A stretch of 64,000 bases of DNA from Octopus sinensis (lineage: Eukaryota): the NCBI RefSeq assembly GCF_006345805.1, contig NC_042999.1, positions 102,300,001 to 102,364,000 on the forward strand, read 5' to 3'. Both the position numbers and the translations under genes were made by a program. Positions within the stretch are counted from its first letter, which is position 1. The number at the start of each line of letters is the position of its first letter. This document shows, in pieces, positions 13,015 through 25,614 of this stretch. The notes under the pieces are model-generated. The model was not told the origin of the DNA and ran no database searches. It saw only the letters and a program-made list of their open reading frames with translations.

Positions 13015-13684
13015 TCAATACTTTGACTCAGCTCGGGGTAGTCCATTGCCTGTTACTGTGTAGTTTTCATGGTGTGCCGCTACTTCCTCTGGCATGTCTG
13101 ACGTACCTTCTGACGAAGTGACTGCAAGGTGTGGAAACTTCAGAGTTTCGTCTTACGAGACTGGCCAATATAAACTGCTGCACTCTATGTCCGTATTGAA
13201 TACTTTCTCTCCGGATCACTACCCAACAAAACAACAACCCACATACATTTCTCTGCGTAAGTTTCACTACACTTCTCTTCAACTCTTCAACTCTTATTTT
13301 TCTCCTGTACTTTCTGTTTGAGTGTTACTATTTTCACCAACCTATCTCTCTGGTTCTCTCACTTTCAATGTCTTACTTCTCTCTGCTTTTCACTCACATT
13401 ATTCCCCCCTCCCCCTCTCTCTACTACCCTCTCTCCCTCTCTCTCTATCTATCTCTCTTTCAATCTATCTTAATCTCTCTCAACCTTCATAGCGGTGCCG
13501 CTTTCTCAGTTTTTATTTGTTTAGGTGTGTATGTGTGTATGTATGTGTCTGTATACGTGAGGGTCTATGTGTGTGTAAGAGTCTATGGTGTGCGTGTGTA
13601 TGTGTGTGTGCACGAGTGCGTGTACATGGTAACATACTACATATGTGTGAGTGCAAGAGTGCTTGAAATTGGGAGTACGTGACT

Positions 13685-13730
<46 letters not shown>

Positions 13731-13959
13731 GAGCGAGAGGGAGCAGATTTCCTTAACGCCTGTTATCGTCTGCATGTCAGTCTCTATCTGCCAGGCGAAT
13801 ATTTCTACTTTCTCTTTTCGTTTCTTTCCCCCCTTCGTCTCTTTCCTTTCCTCTCTAATTCTCTTGCAGTTCCACTAAAAGAACTATACGAGTACACAGC
13901 TTTTGTATGCTTCAGTCTTTATGTGTATGTGCGTCTGTAGAAGTATAGAGAGAGGGAGA

Positions 13960-14219
13960 AAGTGAGAGGGAAAAGAGATAGAGAGAGGGAGAAAGAGAGA
14001 GAGGTAGAAAGTGAGAGAGAGGGAGAAAGAGAGAGAGAGAGATAGAGAAAAGGGCTTTTCTATCTACCAGCTATCATCTGTCAAAATAATATATATATAA
14101 ATGTATGTATATATGTATATATATATACAAAGTCCTATCTATCAGCATGTATGTAATACTATCTCTTCCTTCTCTTCCAGTGCTGTCTTCCTAACTTCAT
14201 TTCTCTTTCCCTGTCTTTT

Positions 14220-14271
<52 letters not shown>

Positions 14272-14300
14272 ATCACACACACACACACACACTCACACAA
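13960..14300. repeat. (GA)n and (CT)n purine/pyrimidine tracts with (CA)n
   Basis: Directly visible. Confidence 0.9.
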
Positions 14301-14459
14301 ACTCTCTCTTTCTCTCTTGTGTTTGATGTGTAATATCTTGCGCTGTTTCATATTTGTTTCAAACGTTCTTATCTCATCCCTCTCTTATTTTTCACACCAT
14401 CACTTGGAAGCGGCGGCACCTAATGAGAAATTTCTTTCACAATGAAATAAAAAGAACAA

Positions 14460-14900
14460 AAGCGCAGGCAACAACAACAACAACCACAACAACAAAACCA
14501 GCAGCAGCAGCAGCAGCAGCAAGAGCAGCAACATTAAAGTGATCATCAATAAAGACTTCGTCATCACTATCATACACTCTTCATCTTCACAGAACACCAT
14601 CATCATCATCATCATCAAATCAGATATCATCACCGTAATCATTACAGATGTGAACACCACTTCGCCCGTCATTAACAACCCCGAAATCAGCATCATTGTC
14701 GTCGTCATCATCATCATCATCATCATCATAATAGTAATTATCACCCTTTCCTCTTTCTCTCTCCTTCTCCTCCTTCACCTACTCCAACTATCATCATCGT
14801 CATCGTCATCGTCTTCATCATCATCATCATCACCATCATCACCACCACCTTCATAAACGCTTTATCTTCTCAGACATCATCGTCAACATCATCATCATCG

Positions 14901-14948
<48 letters not shown>

Positions 14949-15165
14949 CCATCACCATTATTACCATCATCTTCACATCACCACCACCATCATCATCGTC
15001 ATCATCACTGTCTTCACGTGCCTTTTCCTCCTCCCCTTCTTTTTCCCGTCTTCCTTCTCCAGCACCACCACCACCATCACCACTAATACCACAACCATCA
15101 CCACCACCACCTCATCACAATCAAGATCATCATCATCATCATCATCATCATCATATGGCAACAAG
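14460..15165. repeat. Compound degenerate trinucleotide region (ACA/GCA/TCA/CCA)
   Basis: Directly visible. Confidence 0.9.
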
Positions 15166-16096
15166 CAATAACATCAAAAGTAATGACCACATTGGCAACA
15201 TGCTAGACGGACAGCCGGACGGATGGATAGATGGCTGACGTCATTGAAGTCTTTGAGTGTACTCGTCAAAGACTACGTATCCACCTCTACACACACCACA
15301 CACACACAAACACATACACACTTATTTTATATGCACGCACACTCGCATACACACGCGCGCACACACACACACACGCACACACACACACACACACACTGAG
15401 TCAAACATACATACACTTACTTTATATGCGCACGCACACACGCATATACACGCGTACACACGCATACACACACACACATACATACACGCACACACACACA
15501 GAGTTAAGCAAACATACACTTACTCTATACGCAAGCGCACTCAGTGAAACATACACTTTATATGCGTGCGCTCGCGCTCTCACACACACACACAATTTTA
15601 TGCACGTGGGCGAAGAACAGAAGTTTTTAATGACAATACAACATTCACAGATACGCGCACCTACACACATGCATGCGCATATACACATAGTCTCTCTTTC
15701 TCTTTGTCACTCTCTCCCCCCCTCTCTCTCTCTCTCTCTCTGTATCTATCTCTATCGCTATCACACTCAGACACATACACATGCACACTCAAACGCACAT
15801 ACATAATCATATATCTAAACACATACACATATATAAGCATCCGCAAAATTATTGCATACTCATAGAAAGTATTAATAATCATTTTCTAAGTTTGGCACAG
15901 AACCACAAATACCAGGGGTTGTGGTTGTGGTGGTGGTGATGGGGTCAATATGGATAAATCTACTTCAGTACTTGACTGGCACACATTTGAATGACCTCTC
16001 CAGGGTGGGGTGGGGATGAAAGTCAAAGCCGTTCCTGGTGGGATTTGAACTCAACTTAAAAGGATATAAATTCATTTAAAGGATAGGATTATAGTC

Positions 16097-16099
16097 TTG

Positions 16100-16150
<51 letters not shown>

Positions 16151-16176
16151 GTCATCGTCATCGTCATCGTCATCGA

Positions 16177-16219
<43 letters not shown>

Positions 16220-16250
16220 GTCGTCGTCGTCGTCGTCATCGTCGTCGTCA
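16097..16250. repeat. (ATC)n/(GTC)n trinucleotide array
   Basis: Directly visible. Confidence 0.95.
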
Positions 16251-16329
16251 CACCGCTACTTCCTAACGTACTCTACCATCATATCTTGTCTTCTTATTTC
16301 AATTATATGATCAGTCTTTATCAGTAAAT

Positions 16330-17720
16330 TCCCTAATTATTGTTCACCATCACAGCCTATGTCTCGTGTTCTCACCACTTCTTCGTCACTTCAACTTTAC
16401 AAACGTCGTTAACATCCCAATACCCTCTGTTTCTGAGTCATATTTGTGTTTATACTCATTTTGTGGTAGCGTACTGCACTCATTTAGATGCTAGTTAATA
16501 TTTTCATCTCTTTTGATGTGAACACCACTTCGCCCGTCTATATTCACTGTCTAAATTTTGTAAATCTTTGTCTTTATCAAATTCGTTCTAATGGCTTATT
16601 CATAAACGGCTATAATTAGTGATTCAGTTTCTCTTTCCGGTTTTCATCTTTTAACCACAAGCCGTGTTCCTCATTTTAACATTTGCCGTTTGTTGCATGA
16701 ATTGGCCATTGAATTCTTTCTCGTTCCAGCTATTTGTCCTGTAACTCTCTCTTTATTCTTGAAGTCTACTGCCATTTTCAATATTTCTTCAATATTTCTA
16801 GGCTCAGATAATTGTCTCCCCATTATTTACAACGTAGATTTTCAAACCCAGTATTACAGTAGTAATAGTGTCTTCTGAATTTAACATACTTTTGCCTCCT
16901 CCGGTTCTTGGTAAACTGAGTTTCACTCAATTTCTGTTCAGCTGGTGTACATTGATCATGTGAACCGTTTCCTAGTTCTTCTATCCAGTTCCAGCAACTC
17001 TGTCTTTCTCCACTTTAAAGAGCTGAGTATCTCAACAATGACATTGTCTATGTATTAACTACTTTGCTGATATTACCTCCCGTTAGTTTTGTTCCAAGCA
17101 CTCTTCTAACGCTTGCCATGCACTCTTCTCAGAATTTTTCGCTCATTTCTTAATTACCCCTAGATACTTCATTCTTTTCCCCTTATCTAATAATATCATC
17201 GTGTGGTTTCTCTGTCCTATTACATTTAATATTTCGATCTCACTTCTTAATGAAAACTGCATATTGGTTCGCCCCAAACTGCATACTGATATCATCTAAA
17301 TATCTTTAATGTCTGAGAAAGAGAATTTATTAAAAAAAATTTTTGTATATAGTTTAAGGTCACCCGTACACAGTAGATTATTTATCTTCTTCCTGGTGTA
17401 ACAATCTCATTAGCAGATCTGGATTTTCACAATATGCTCGTCAAAGCAATCAACGTAGTCCTGTCAAGTAATGAAGAAAATGAACTTTGCTGAAACTGTA
17501 TTCTTGTATTTCCTGCTGATTTCACTTAGTTCTGCTTTCCACGATCTTGTCGCTTTTCCCCTCTCAAAATCTGTTAATCTTATTAATCCCGAGACTTCTC
17601 AAGTGCTCCAAAAAAAGGGTGAGACGCAAACTTATGTTCTTTTGTAGTCTATCCAATTAACAGTTAAGTCCTTTCATATTCGTATTTAATATCATACTAG
17701 TGATCAAGTTCGCTTTGATT
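16330..17720 (-). mobile_element. Decayed RLE-type (R4/Dong-like) non-LTR retrotransposon, RT C-terminus to zinc knuckle
   Basis: Minus-strand remnants resembling INHLLYMDDLKLY (~17370-17400), KYLG (~17160), LPRTGGGKS (~16890) and ECSTLPQNEYK (~16450-16480). Confidence 0.65.
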
Positions 17721-17796
17721 TTTTTACCTACATCACTTTGCTGACATTAGTCTGGTAGTAGTTTCTCCTTCTTCAGAAAGCTATACAATTCATCTG

Positions 17797-17867
<71 letters not shown>

Positions 17868-17873
<6 letters not shown>

Positions 17874-18200
17874 GCTTTAGCGAAGACGGAGGTATTGTTT
17901 TCAGTCGTGTTTATTTGTTTGTCCGTGGACAATATATCTTAAGAATCGCTGGGTGGATTCGGATGAAACGTTCAGGGATGTGTGGCCTCGTGACTGCCAG
18001 AAACTGATTAGAATTTGGGATCGATTCGGTACCGGACAATAATTCTGGATTATTTGTTATATTTACTTTACATGAAGTATTACGATCTTACGTTCACTTT
18101 CAAGTCTTTCTCTGATTATCCCCCTTGAAAGCACGCTCATGATTTCCACGTAAATTACGGCGGTGTTGCTGTTTCCAAAGTTTTATTTTCGTTTCTCTAT
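17868..18200 (+). mobile_element. Helentron-associated (HINE/DINE-1-like) element fragment
   Basis: 5' end tctgctttagcgaagacggaggtattgttttcagtcg is homologous to 20759-20800. Confidence 0.55.
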
Positions 18201-18497
18201 TATTAATTTTTCTCGCGCCTCTTTCTTAGTAGAAACTGATGGATGAAGAAATCAAACATCATCAACAAACGGCAGCAAAACCGTCCAGAAATTAAATAAC
18301 ACTAACATATTCAGTAACAATAATAAATTTAATTTATCCTCGACAATGCTTAGTTTTACCTATTTTGAATATATCGCTCCTGTATAAAACCTCTTACCTA
18401 CTAGACAATTGCATTCCTAGCTCTGCCTTGAAGGAAGCTTTACTTTTTGGACTCACGTTTTTGTGCGCAATGATGTTGTTAAACCTCCGTCAATAGC

Positions 18498-18751
18498 ACT
18501 CTTTTACTTGTTTCAGTCATTTGACAGCGGCCATGCTGGAGCACCGCCTTTAATCGAGCAACTCGACCCCGGGACTTATTCTTTTGTAAGCCCAGTACTT
18601 ATTCTATCGGTCTCTTTTGCCGAACCGCTAAGTAACGGAACATAAACACACCAGCATCGGTTGTCAAGCAATGCTAGGGGGACAAACACATACACACAAA
18701 CACATACACACACAAACACACACACACACCACACACACACACACACCACAT

Positions 18752-18816
<65 letters not shown>

Positions 18817-18977
18817 TACGACAGGCTTCTTTCAGCTTCCGTCTACCAAATCCACTCACAAGGCATTGTTGGCCCGCGGCTATAGCAGAAGACACTTGCC
18901 CAAGATGCCACGCAGTGGGACTGAACCCGGAACCATGTGGTTAGTTAGCAAGCTACTTACCACACAGCCACTGTATG
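18498..18977 (-). mobile_element. SINE family A, near full length, with internal (CA)n(TA)n
   Basis: Highly similar to 48561-48964. Confidence 0.9.
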
Positions 18978-19077
18978 CAGATCCTCTCCGTTTTCTTACA
19001 CGCATGGATAAATTTTTCTCTATAGACCTTAATTGCTCTTGTTGTTGTTGTTGTTGTTGTTATTATTATTATTATTA

Positions 19078-19159
<82 letters not shown>

Positions 19160-19539
19160 TATTTATTGCTTTTCATTGTCTTTGCACAGTTTCTAATGCT
19201 GGAGATGTACTACGGAGCCAGCAACACAGCTAAGGCAACACACTTTTAGTTTTCGAGCATCATCCGGAGTATTCGAGCGGTTCCAAGCAGTGCTGTTTTC
19301 TGAAACTGTCTAACCCTACTGCAGCCCCTATTTGTTCCATGTACTTCTCTTTGTATTGTCTCCCTCATTCTTCGCCCTTGTGGAAAATAAATGAAACGTC
19401 TCTACGTTCTCAGCTCAAATTCCGCCGAGGTCGACTTTACCTTTCATCCTTTCGGGGTCGATAAAATAAGTACCAGTGAAACACTGGGGTCGATTTAATA
19501 AACTAGTCCCCTCTCCTCAAATTTCTGGCCTTGTGCCTA

Positions 19540-20130
19540 TAGCAGAAAGGTTTCCGATGTCAGGTGATTGAACTGAATCATTGCATCCCACAGGATTTTG
19601 CAATTCTCATTCTCGGTGACTCCTGGGGTTTGCTCGTAATACGTCTTTGCTCTTTGTAGATAGTATACTGGTTCATCAAGTGTGTTGCAAAATCTGCATT
19701 TAGAGTCAGATCCGTTTTGAAGAACGTTAGCCTGGTAGTTTTTAGTAAGCAAGCTTTGATTTTGTGCCGCCATTATGAAACCTTCAGTTTCTGCTTTCAG
19801 TCCTGAACTTCTTAGTCACTGATGGCTTGGTCAACATTAACATTTCGACTTCGATGTATATACTGTCCATGCAGTCCGATGTATATACTGTCAATTTGTT
19901 TCTGCCCATTCTTTTTTGCTGACTGCTGGATCCGTTTTGTTTGTTTGGCGGTAGTGGTTTCAGGTTCTTCATCTAGTTCACTGTTAATACCAAGTTCCAT
20001 TGCGAATTTGCAAGCCTTTTTGACAGTAGAATGTGATTCTTTTCTGTTTTCATGTTTGCACACAAGCCACAGCATCCAGTCCTCTGTACTAGATAAGCAC
20101 CTGTTCATTGCTGTTGTGGAGGTCTTAGAG
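19540..20130 (-). mobile_element. RLE-type (R4/Dong-like) LINE fragment with zinc knuckle
   Basis: ORFs 19537-19773 and 19812-20108: LHGQY, EGFIMAAQNQSLLTKNY, SKCRFCNTLDE. Confidence 0.8.
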
Positions 20131-20134
20131 CACA

Positions 20135-20153
20135 GTTATTATTATTATTATTA

Positions 20154-20202
<49 letters not shown>

Positions 20203-20291
20203 CTATTACTATTACTATTACTATTACTATTACTATTAATATTATTATTATTATTATTATTTATTATATATTATTATTATTATTAATTATA

Positions 20292-20326
<35 letters not shown>

Positions 20327-20366
20327 TATTATTATATTATTATTATATTATATTATTATTCTTATT

Positions 20367-20397
<31 letters not shown>

Positions 20398-20403
20398 TTA
20401 TTA

Positions 20404-20441
<38 letters not shown>

Positions 20442-20495
20442 TAATTATTATTATATTATTATTTATTATTATTATTATTTATTTATTTATTCATT
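20135..20495. repeat. (TAT/TAC/TCT)n compound array
   Basis: Directly visible. Confidence 0.95.
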
Positions 20496-20754
20496 TAATA
20501 TTTATTTCTCTACTTTCTATTATGTATCCTTTGTTATATCCTTTAATGTGGTAGTATCGCCCCTTGATTGATGTAAACCCCACATGTTTTTGGTTTTGAT
20601 TTTGTAATTTTTTTGTGCTGTAACTCGTCCTTCGATATTGTCCTCTATGTCTTAGGCCCGCGTGGCCAATAAAAGAAATCATTCCTATTATTATTTTTGT
20701 TGTTATTATTATTATTTTAATTATTATTATTGTTGTTGTTGTTATTGTTGTTAT

Positions 20755-20935
20755 TATCACCTCCGCCTTCGCTAAGGCGGAGGTATTGTTTTCAGTCGCA
20801 TTTGTTTGTTTGTCCGTGGGCAAGATGTCTCAAGATATTTCAGATATTCTCATTTTAAAAGTCACCTCTGGCTAATTGTTGATAGGACGTTGGTGTTGCC
20901 CTGGTGGAGGTTTGCGTTCTCTGAGTGCTCTTGTT
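20755..20935 (+). mobile_element. Short HINE/DINE-1-like element
   Basis: Perfect 11-bp hairpin acctccgcctt-cgct-aaggcggaggt (20759-20784) and 3' ggtggaggtttgcgttctctgagtgctcttgtt. Confidence 0.7.
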
Positions 20936-20939
20936 ATTA

Positions 20940-20997
<58 letters not shown>

Positions 20998-21069
20998 ATC
21001 ATCATCGTCGTCGTCGTCGTCGTCATCATCATCATCATCATCATCGTCGTCGTCGTCATCATCATTCCA

Positions 21070-21285
21070 TAAGGCGGCGTACTGGCAGAATCGCTCGCAC
21101 ACCGGACAACATGCTTAGCGGCATTACGTCCGGATTTACGTTCTTAGATCCAGTTTCGCAGAGATCGACTTTGCCTGTCGTCTTTTCGGGATCGATAGAA
21201 TAAGTACTAGCTGAACACTGGAGTGGATGTAATCGTCTAGTCCCCTCCCAACAAATTTCGGGCCTTGTGCCTATAGTAGAAAAGG
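21070..21285 (+). mobile_element. SINE family B
   Basis: aaggcggcgtactggcagaatcg...gatcgactttgcc...ggccttgtgcctatagtag. Confidence 0.8.
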
Positions 21286-21959
21286 ATTACTATGCTATTT
21301 TAGTCGGCAGGAATTTATCTTGAGGTTCGATGACAAATCACAACAAATCTTAAGAATGTTTCTGGAGATTGTTACAGAGTAATTTTGTTTATTGTTTCTC
21401 TGGATTGGTGTCTTTTCTCGGCTCAATTATGCTTCCTATCGAACCACAACTCGTGGTTTAAGATAAAGAACATTTTGTATCTTTTGTTGAATAGTTCTTT
21501 TTTCCTTCTCTACATAACTGTTTTTAGGTTGTGTCGAGGGTTTTGCGAATAATTCTTGCTGAATTTACTTGGCATCTTTTCCGCACTGCATCTCTCCAGG
21601 TTAAGATATTCAAGGTTAGTTCTCTGTTCCCACGGCCCCAATGAGAACTGGGGAGCTCATGGCCTTGTTTTAGCATTTAGGTATTTCAAGTCGGTAAAAT
21701 GGTCTACTTTTTCTTTTTCATTCTTTTTACTCTAGTGTTAACTGGGCTTGCCACGTCGATTACAATACATAATTTCTTATTTTCGTCAATATCCGATATG
21801 TTGAGTTCTGTTCTTTTGGTTTATATTAGAAAATCCCACAAGAATTTTACATTTCCCTTTTCGAAAGCTTGCATGTGTCTTCCCACAAAATAGGTATAAT
21901 TTTTTCTGAGCATACAAAATCAAAATACCTTTAAACATTATCATTAAGTATTCTTCATT

Positions 21960-22370
21960 TTCCTCTTGTAGATGGTCATTTTCTTTCAATTTGAAAAGTA
22001 AGGAATATTTTGAACATATCAAGGTATTTTGAACATACCAAAGTAGATAGTACAACAACGTGTGGAAACCCCTTTTCGACAAAATGGAATAAGAGAAAGA
22101 GGTGGTAAAAATGACTTACAGAACAAGAAATTTTTGTTTTAGGGAACAGAAACGAAAGAAAACACCAATGATACAAAAAGCCAAGGAAATATTGATGCAA
22201 CATTAATAAAACAAAAACAAAAAAATCTATCACTATGAAACCTTATGGAAAATGAAATAAAGCTTCTTGAATGTGGACTTAAATTCACACCATTTCCAAA
22301 ACCTGCCGCAACGGATCTTATAAAAGATACTGAGGCATATTACAGAAAACTTCATCCTCGGGAATAATAC
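21960..22370 (+). mobile_element. Penelope-like element N-terminal fragment
   Basis: EIKLLECGLKFTPFPKP...IKDTEAYYRKL resembles the GLKFxP motif upstream of PLE RT. Confidence 0.55.
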
Positions 22371-23054
22371 ACATGCGCGCGCATACATATATATATATAT
22401 ATACCTGAACGAATCAACTACAGCAAGCACCGCTTTAATAAGACATGAAGTTTGTTGGTATCAACATAGATAGAAAGAATAGCTAATGACGAAGACGATA
22501 ACACAGGCTGTAGATGTTGTCTAGCAGAAAAGAGGCATCTGATATTTAACATAAGAGAGCAAGATGTAGCTAAGTGCAGTAAGAAGAATGCGAAGGACAG
22601 AAGACATCTTTGAATCACTAATCGACAGTCTGAGATGTCCTTGCAAATACACTTTTGGCATTATACAGGTTATCATTTTAAAAAATTGGATATTTGTTAA
22701 CCCACTTAGATCAAAGTATAGCAGACTTGCAGAAGGAATGTTGCCTCATAATTCATGTATTACAGATGATGATACTGCTTAGGTGATAAAAATCTGTACG
22801 GCCTTCTTAAACAGTTAAAGGGTAATATTTGTGCAAAGAATGGCAAACAGGAGATTCTTGTCTTTAGAACGTTGCCACTGAGTAGGTAGTCTGTGAAGAA
22901 AAAAAAAGCAACAAACAAACAAACTCTAAAACTCCAGTCAGGAAGAGAAAACACACGTGACTACCAGACTGATGTTTCTCTACAGGAGAGAAAATTTAAA
23001 AATATAAAAAGCACATATACACAAAAAATAGATACACATACACACTCAAACAAT

Positions 23055-23113
<59 letters not shown>

Positions 23114-23160
23114 CACACACACACACACACAACACACACACACACAACACACACACACAA

Positions 23161-23193
<33 letters not shown>

Positions 23194-23954
23194 CCACACA
23201 CACACGCACAGACGCGTGCGCAAGCAAGCAAGTACACACGAATAATAGCATGTATGGGCATTCATTCATACGTGCCTATGTAGGTATGTTCGTTTGTTTG
23301 TTCACTCGTGCGATGTGGTGAGCGCTATACATATGGATGAGCATGTGTGCGCGAGAGAGCGAGTGAGTGTGTGAGAGCGTTGGCGCGAGCGCGCGTGTGA
23401 AACTGTTTTATTTAAATATACAGTGTATAAAATACATTGTATATTTGTATTATACATAGGTGTATAAATACACACACGCACATACACACACACACATACA
23501 CACACGTATGTTATATACATATCTGAGCATATATACATACATATATACATACGACTTGTTTTTTCATATATATATATATATATATATATTAATTTAAAAT
23601 AATAAGGGTAAAAAATTGAATATTAATTTAACTAATATCAATTTAAAGCTAGTGGTCTAGCATATTAAAATCTGAAGGTTCAGAAAATTATATTACATAC
23701 ATATAAGGTGGATGACCACTACGTGGACAACCCTTATGCTAGAAGTAGATCCGCTATGGTCTTACCACTAAGAAAGGAATGTTCTCAAGAAAATTTAGCG
23801 GCAGTTCGGCAAGAGAGACCGATAGAATAAGTACTAGGCTTACAAAGAATAAGTCCTGGGGTCGATTTGCTCTATTACAGGCGGTGCTCCAGCATGGCCA
23901 CAGTCAAATGACTGAAACAAGTAAAAAAGTAAAGAGTATATACACACACACACA

Positions 23955-24046
<92 letters not shown>

Positions 24047-24258
24047 AAGAAGACAACGTAAGTGAGCAAGAAATTCTGTGGGAAATTCAACCTGTGAGTG
24101 TGTTTGTGGAGTTGTTAGCTAACTCCTCCTACAACGTTTTATCGATTTTGATGAAACTTGATAGTGAGTAGAACTCACGTCTAGAAACCTCATGGCATAC
24201 TCAGATTGTTCAAAAACATATATTGACAGGACCTCTGGAAGGGATCCTTATATATATA

Positions 24259-24945
24259 TCTAATATATTATATTTTAAAAGTCAATGGAAATAACCCATT
24301 CACCCCTGGAAGGGATCCTTATATATAGTCACGGGAAAAAGACCATTCATAATCCTAAATTGAGTATGTTTATTTCTTAGTATTTGAACTGTTAGAGTTA
24401 TTTTCGCAATTTATCCAGCACAACCCTTAAACAAGTAAATAGTATTTTCCTATACAATAGATCCACTTATTTCGGTTGGTGACTTATTCACTAATATACC
24501 AACACTATCGTCCCTGGGGGTAATATTCTCTGGGAACGCACCAAAGCCCTTTTCAGAGATATTTACTTTGAATTGTTATCTCAAATCTGATTAGCCTGTT
24601 ATTACGTAACATACTTCACGATTTTAGTATACATAGTTTATTAGTATTTTCTCCTATGTTCTAAATATTCCGGGAACACATTAAAGTCTTTCTCAGGGCT
24701 ACTTTATTTGAATTCTTATTATCAGGTAACTAATTTCACAATTTGGGCATTCATAACTTATTGGGTATTCCTAAAAACAAGATGCTGCGTAAGACAGTTC
24801 GGTATTCTCTGTAAATGCACAAAAACCGTTTTAAGGGCTACATACTTTGTATTGTTATTATTGGATTAACGTAGCAAGACAATTATGAGAATGGAACCAT
24901 AGGATAAGCCCCGCTTTCCCGGAAATTACCGGATACATCAGCTAG
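24259..24945 (+). mobile_element. Non-autonomous Helitron (5' end uncertain; may extend to ~24040)
   Basis: 3' ccgg-aaatta-ccgg hairpin then CTAG (24942-24945) followed by T of a TA array; candidate 5' A|TCTAATATATT at 24259. Confidence 0.6.
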
Positions 24946-24952
24946 TATATAG

Positions 24953-24987
<35 letters not shown>

Positions 24988-25083
24988 ATGCATATATACA
25001 AACACACACACACACAATATATATATAAATCTATAACATACATACATATACATATATATATATGTTATATATATATATATATA

Positions 25084-25138
<55 letters not shown>

Positions 25139-25174
25139 CATACATATACATATATATATATGTATAAATATATA

Positions 25175-25543
25175 TCTCTTATGATAAAAGGCAGACTTTC
25201 TCTGTCTGTTCCCATGTTCCTTTTTAATACAATTCTACAATATAGAATTTCTTCAATTGGAATTTACCTATGATTTTTCCAAGTAGATTCGATTGGGTCA
25301 TGGCATATAAAGTTTTTTCAATTTGACCCCCAATTAAGCAAAAATTCGAGAAAACTCAATATTTTACGATTTGCTCTCTTTGCAAGTGTGAAACTATTAA
25401 AGTGAAAGTATTTCTATAAAAGGGATGAGCCATTAATACTGGTCATCCTTTTTGCTAGCGAAAGATCCGCTATGGTCTTATATGCTACACCACTGGTTTT
25501 CAATTCATATTAATCAAATTAATATTCAATTTTTCACTCTTAT

Positions 25544-25614
<71 letters not shown>

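Noticed and set aside
14400-14856. Low-complexity poly-M/I/S/T protein
   Set aside because: A compound trinucleotide repeat that is open in several frames.
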